Shown here: one piece after another, positions 61,364 through 64,000 of the stretch
Layout of the letters: each line of letters starts with the position of its first letter
Position numbering within the stretch: position 1 is the first letter of the stretch
From: Schizochytrium sp. TIO01
Lineage: Eukaryota; Protista; Bigyra: Labyrinthulomycetes
Assembly: GCA_004764695.1 (NCBI GenBank)
Contig: SMSO01000033.1
Location: forward strand, 1,054,001-1,118,000
Direction of reading: 5' to 3'
DNA: 64,000 nt
Position numbers and translations under genes: made by a program
The notes under the pieces: generated by a model
What the model was told of the DNA's origin: nothing
Database searches by the model: none
The model's input: the letters and a program-made list of their open reading frames with translations, nothing else

Positions 61364-61972
61364 AATAGCACGCAATGCTCAATCTCGTTCTAGTCCGCTC
61401 CTGTTAGACTTTGACCAAAAGCACCGTTGAATACAACAGCTACGGCTTGCAAAAGGGGGTAAGCTCAAAGCACTGTTGGCTAGGCCCTTGTGGAATACAA
61501 TTGATCACTGCAAGTTGAAGACAGTCAATATCTGGTTTGGCCTGCTGGTCTTAGGGAGTGGAACTCAAGGGTTTGGGCGTATCTTGCGACGGCGTAGAGC
61601 CGCCTTTTTTCCAAATTGGAGTAGTCTCTCATCTACGCAAAACCCTAACTATATACATTCGCACGATTACTGATGATGGCGTAAGCCGACAAATGAGGTC
61701 GCTCCGATCGATGGTGCGTGAGCCGGAAAGGAAACATTTGGGTATCGTGCGTGGAACATTGCACAGCGAATTTTGCTTAAATTAGAGGGACACCTGAGAA
61801 ACTATATCGCTGTACATATAATCTTACATCTAGCACTGTCAGGTACTTGCTCCTTAAGATGAAGGACAAGGCAAGGAATAAGTCACATCGCTATAATGGA
61901 ATTTCAATGTGTCAACTTCGTTTGTAATTCTTTGAGATTATGTTTTCTGAGATACGGATGCCATAACACAGT

Positions 61973-62719
61973 TTACAGTTTACCCTCGTCGCGGAGCTTG
62001 GCAAATTTGACCTGTGCTTGAAGAAGACCATAGTTCCCCTCTTGGTAAAATGGGTATGCATGAAGACGATCTGCCCATGCACAGATTCCAGGATAAGATT
62101 TTGAGAAATCACTACCGGTCGGCGGCTCTAGCTTGGGGTCAAGAAGACTGAGCTGGTCAATTTCTGTAATGAGTGCAATATCTGCGAGAGTAGCATATTC
62201 AGTCCCGGCAATGTAAGAGGACTTGTTGAGTTGTTCCTCCATGATTTGAAGTGATGATGTAAGAATTCTCTCTTCGCGCTCCTGGGGAATCTCTACAAGA
62301 TCAAACCGGGCGCTGTGCTTTGATAAGTCACCAATCTTGCTCAGAGCCAGGCGCCGGAAGAGGCCCGCAGCACCCACGCGAAGGTTGGAGTGTTTCCAAT
62401 CCAGCCAGGAGTCTACAATAGCCCTAACTTGAATATCTGAGGCGGGATATAATTCCTTCTGCAGATCTTCACTTGCGTACTTTTCCACCAGATACCGCAT
62501 GATGGCGTGGCTCTCGCTAAGCACGAAGCCACCGTCAATAAGGACGGGGTACTTTCCATTTGGATTGAGTTTATGGTACTCTGCCGTATTTTGCTCACCT
62601 TTGCTCGAGTCAATTCTCTCCAGCGGCGCTTCAACATTCACAAGTTTACAAATCCACAACACTGCTCGAGTTGGCTGCGAGAGGTCTGCCCCCAAGACTC
62701 GAACTGATCGTGATGCCAT
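61973..62719 (-). CDS. Glutathione S-transferase, theta-like (copy 2, tandem paralogue)
   Basis: Same motifs; colinear with copy 1 over the whole length. Confidence 0.92.
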   Translation of the reverse strand: MASRSVRVLGADLSQPTRAVLWICKLVNVEAPLERIDSSKGEQNTAEYHKLNPNGKYPVLIDGGFVLSESHAIMRYLVEKYASEDLQKELYPASDIQVRAIVDSWLDWKHSNLRVGAAGLFRRLALSKIGDLSKHSARFDLVEIPQEREERILTSSLQIMEEQLNKSSYIAGTEYATLADIALITEIDQLSLLDPKLEPPTGSDFSKSYPGICAWADRLHAYPFYQEGNYGLLQAQVKFAKLRDEGKL

Positions 62720-63613
62720 CTTGAAAACAGAACCACGATTCTTAACTCCTCTCCTCACTTGGTTGAAGGTTTGCTTGTACAAAACGCCAAACTAAAACCT
62801 CTGCAACAACTTCTGCAGACTCCTGCACTGCCACGGCAACGAGCTAAAGTCCACGTCGTCGTGGATCAAGTTGCCCTAGGTATTACCTTTCGTGCTGTTC
62901 TCGCATCGGCGCAGATACATTCCTATTGACGTTTAGTCACGCCGAACCATGATCCAAGATTGAGATCTTTTCACTCTTCAAGTGCTTTATTGCTTCTTCT
63001 TTTTAAAAGATCTCTATCAACTCCTCTACTTTGCTTATGAAACGCTGTTATTTCTGGCTGGAAACAAGCTGACGCACAGACAGTGCAAAACTGGTTTTAC
63101 CTTGTTTTCCTTAATTAAGATCATGCTTCGAGTTGTGTTTGTGCGTTTATTCTTACACATGTCCCAGGAATCTCAGCAATTGAAGCGCAATAGCCGATGT
63201 TACCTGGGTATCTAGGCAGGTCCTATCTAGTACGGGTCGGTGATTCCAAGGATTTGCAGCATCGTTCTTGAACCAGGAGGATCGTGGAACCTGCAGGCTT
63301 CGCCGATTGCGGCCACTACGTCTGTTCATCAGATATATACTTCAGCGCATGATCAAATACTACAATAAAGAAGAAGAAGAAGAAGAAGAAGAAGAAACTT
63401 GGAGGCAGTATAGAGTGAGAAATCATTTCCTGTCAATGAATATTGTAACTTTAATTGAGTAGATAAGCTTAATTTGTGTGATTCAAGAGGATTCAAGTTC
63501 ACGTATGACAAGAAGAACAATGAAAACAGTAGCAAATCTAAGTAGTATATTAGAATGTTAGACTCTGACTTTGAACCAAAATGCAAACGCAATGGAGTGG
63601 GAATCTTATATAC

Positions 63614-64000
63614 TTAGATGACAAGCGCATTGTAGTGCACACCACCACAGTAAAGCACGTTAATCGTAGGTGCGTCCATGCCAGCCTTTCCTGGCAAGTC
63701 AAAGCAAGAGATGCGCTTAAACGCACCCCCACCCCCACCCCCACGAGAGTTGAAGTAACCTGAGCCCTTCTCACGCTCGTAGATGTGAACGTTGACCTGC
63801 ATAAGTCTTGAGCAAGCAGCACATTCGATACCACCTCCCCAGCCGCCAATTGCCATCCGCTGTGCGTATTGCTGTACAGTTCTACGACTATCCCACTGGA
63901 TCCAGTCCTTCAAGGGAGTTTCTGCAATTTCAAGCATAGGGTTGTTGGCAATGAAGTTTGCGACCTCCCGTCGTAGCTTTCCAGCCTGTATACGATTGCC
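63614..64000 (-). CDS. OTU-family cysteine protease/deubiquitinase (5' part outside window)
   Basis: LRREVANFI, WGGGIE variable loop and LYCGGVHYNAL His loop. The frame stays open to the window edge, so the catalytic Cys is not visible. Confidence 0.8.
   Translation of the reverse strand, partial: GNRIQAGKLRREVANFIANNPMLEIAETPLKDWIQWDSRRTVQQYAQRMAIGGWGGGIECAACSRLMQVNVHIYEREKGSGYFNSRGGGGGGAFKRISCFDLPGKAGMDAPTINVLYCGGVHYNALVI

Overview
Eukaryotic nuclear DNA: GT-AG introns, very dense microsatellites, and a mix of ciliary and stramenopile-like genes. A thraustochytrid/labyrinthulomycete is my best guess, but that is inference only. Layout: 1-7.1 kb is non-coding and SSR-rich. About 7.2-17.3 kb is an AT-rich, SSR-poor island holding a decayed Ty1/copia LTR retrotransposon (9766-15046, minus strand); its two short LTRs match only at their ends and carry TTAGG repeats. 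21.4-23.7 kb encodes an unrecognised modular type-I membrane/secreted protein with repeated GGFD(Y/W)xKF motifs. 24.3-42.7 kb is a compact block of mostly Ca2+/cilium/endolysosome-type genes: an IQ-bearing polycystin-2-like channel head-to-head with a mucolipin, CFAP299 head-to-head with a calaxin/NCS-like EF-hand protein, thioredoxin, a TPR-8xIQ-LRR protein and an SVOP-like MFS transporter. A 12 kb ORF-free, SSR-rich region then leads to a bacterial long-form GAPDH with an apparently spliced 5' leader. The window ends with a membrane-anchored acylphosphatase, two tandem theta-class GSTs and a partial OTU gene. I found no rRNA, tRNA or CRISPR array. All family calls come from motif recognition by eye; no database search was run.
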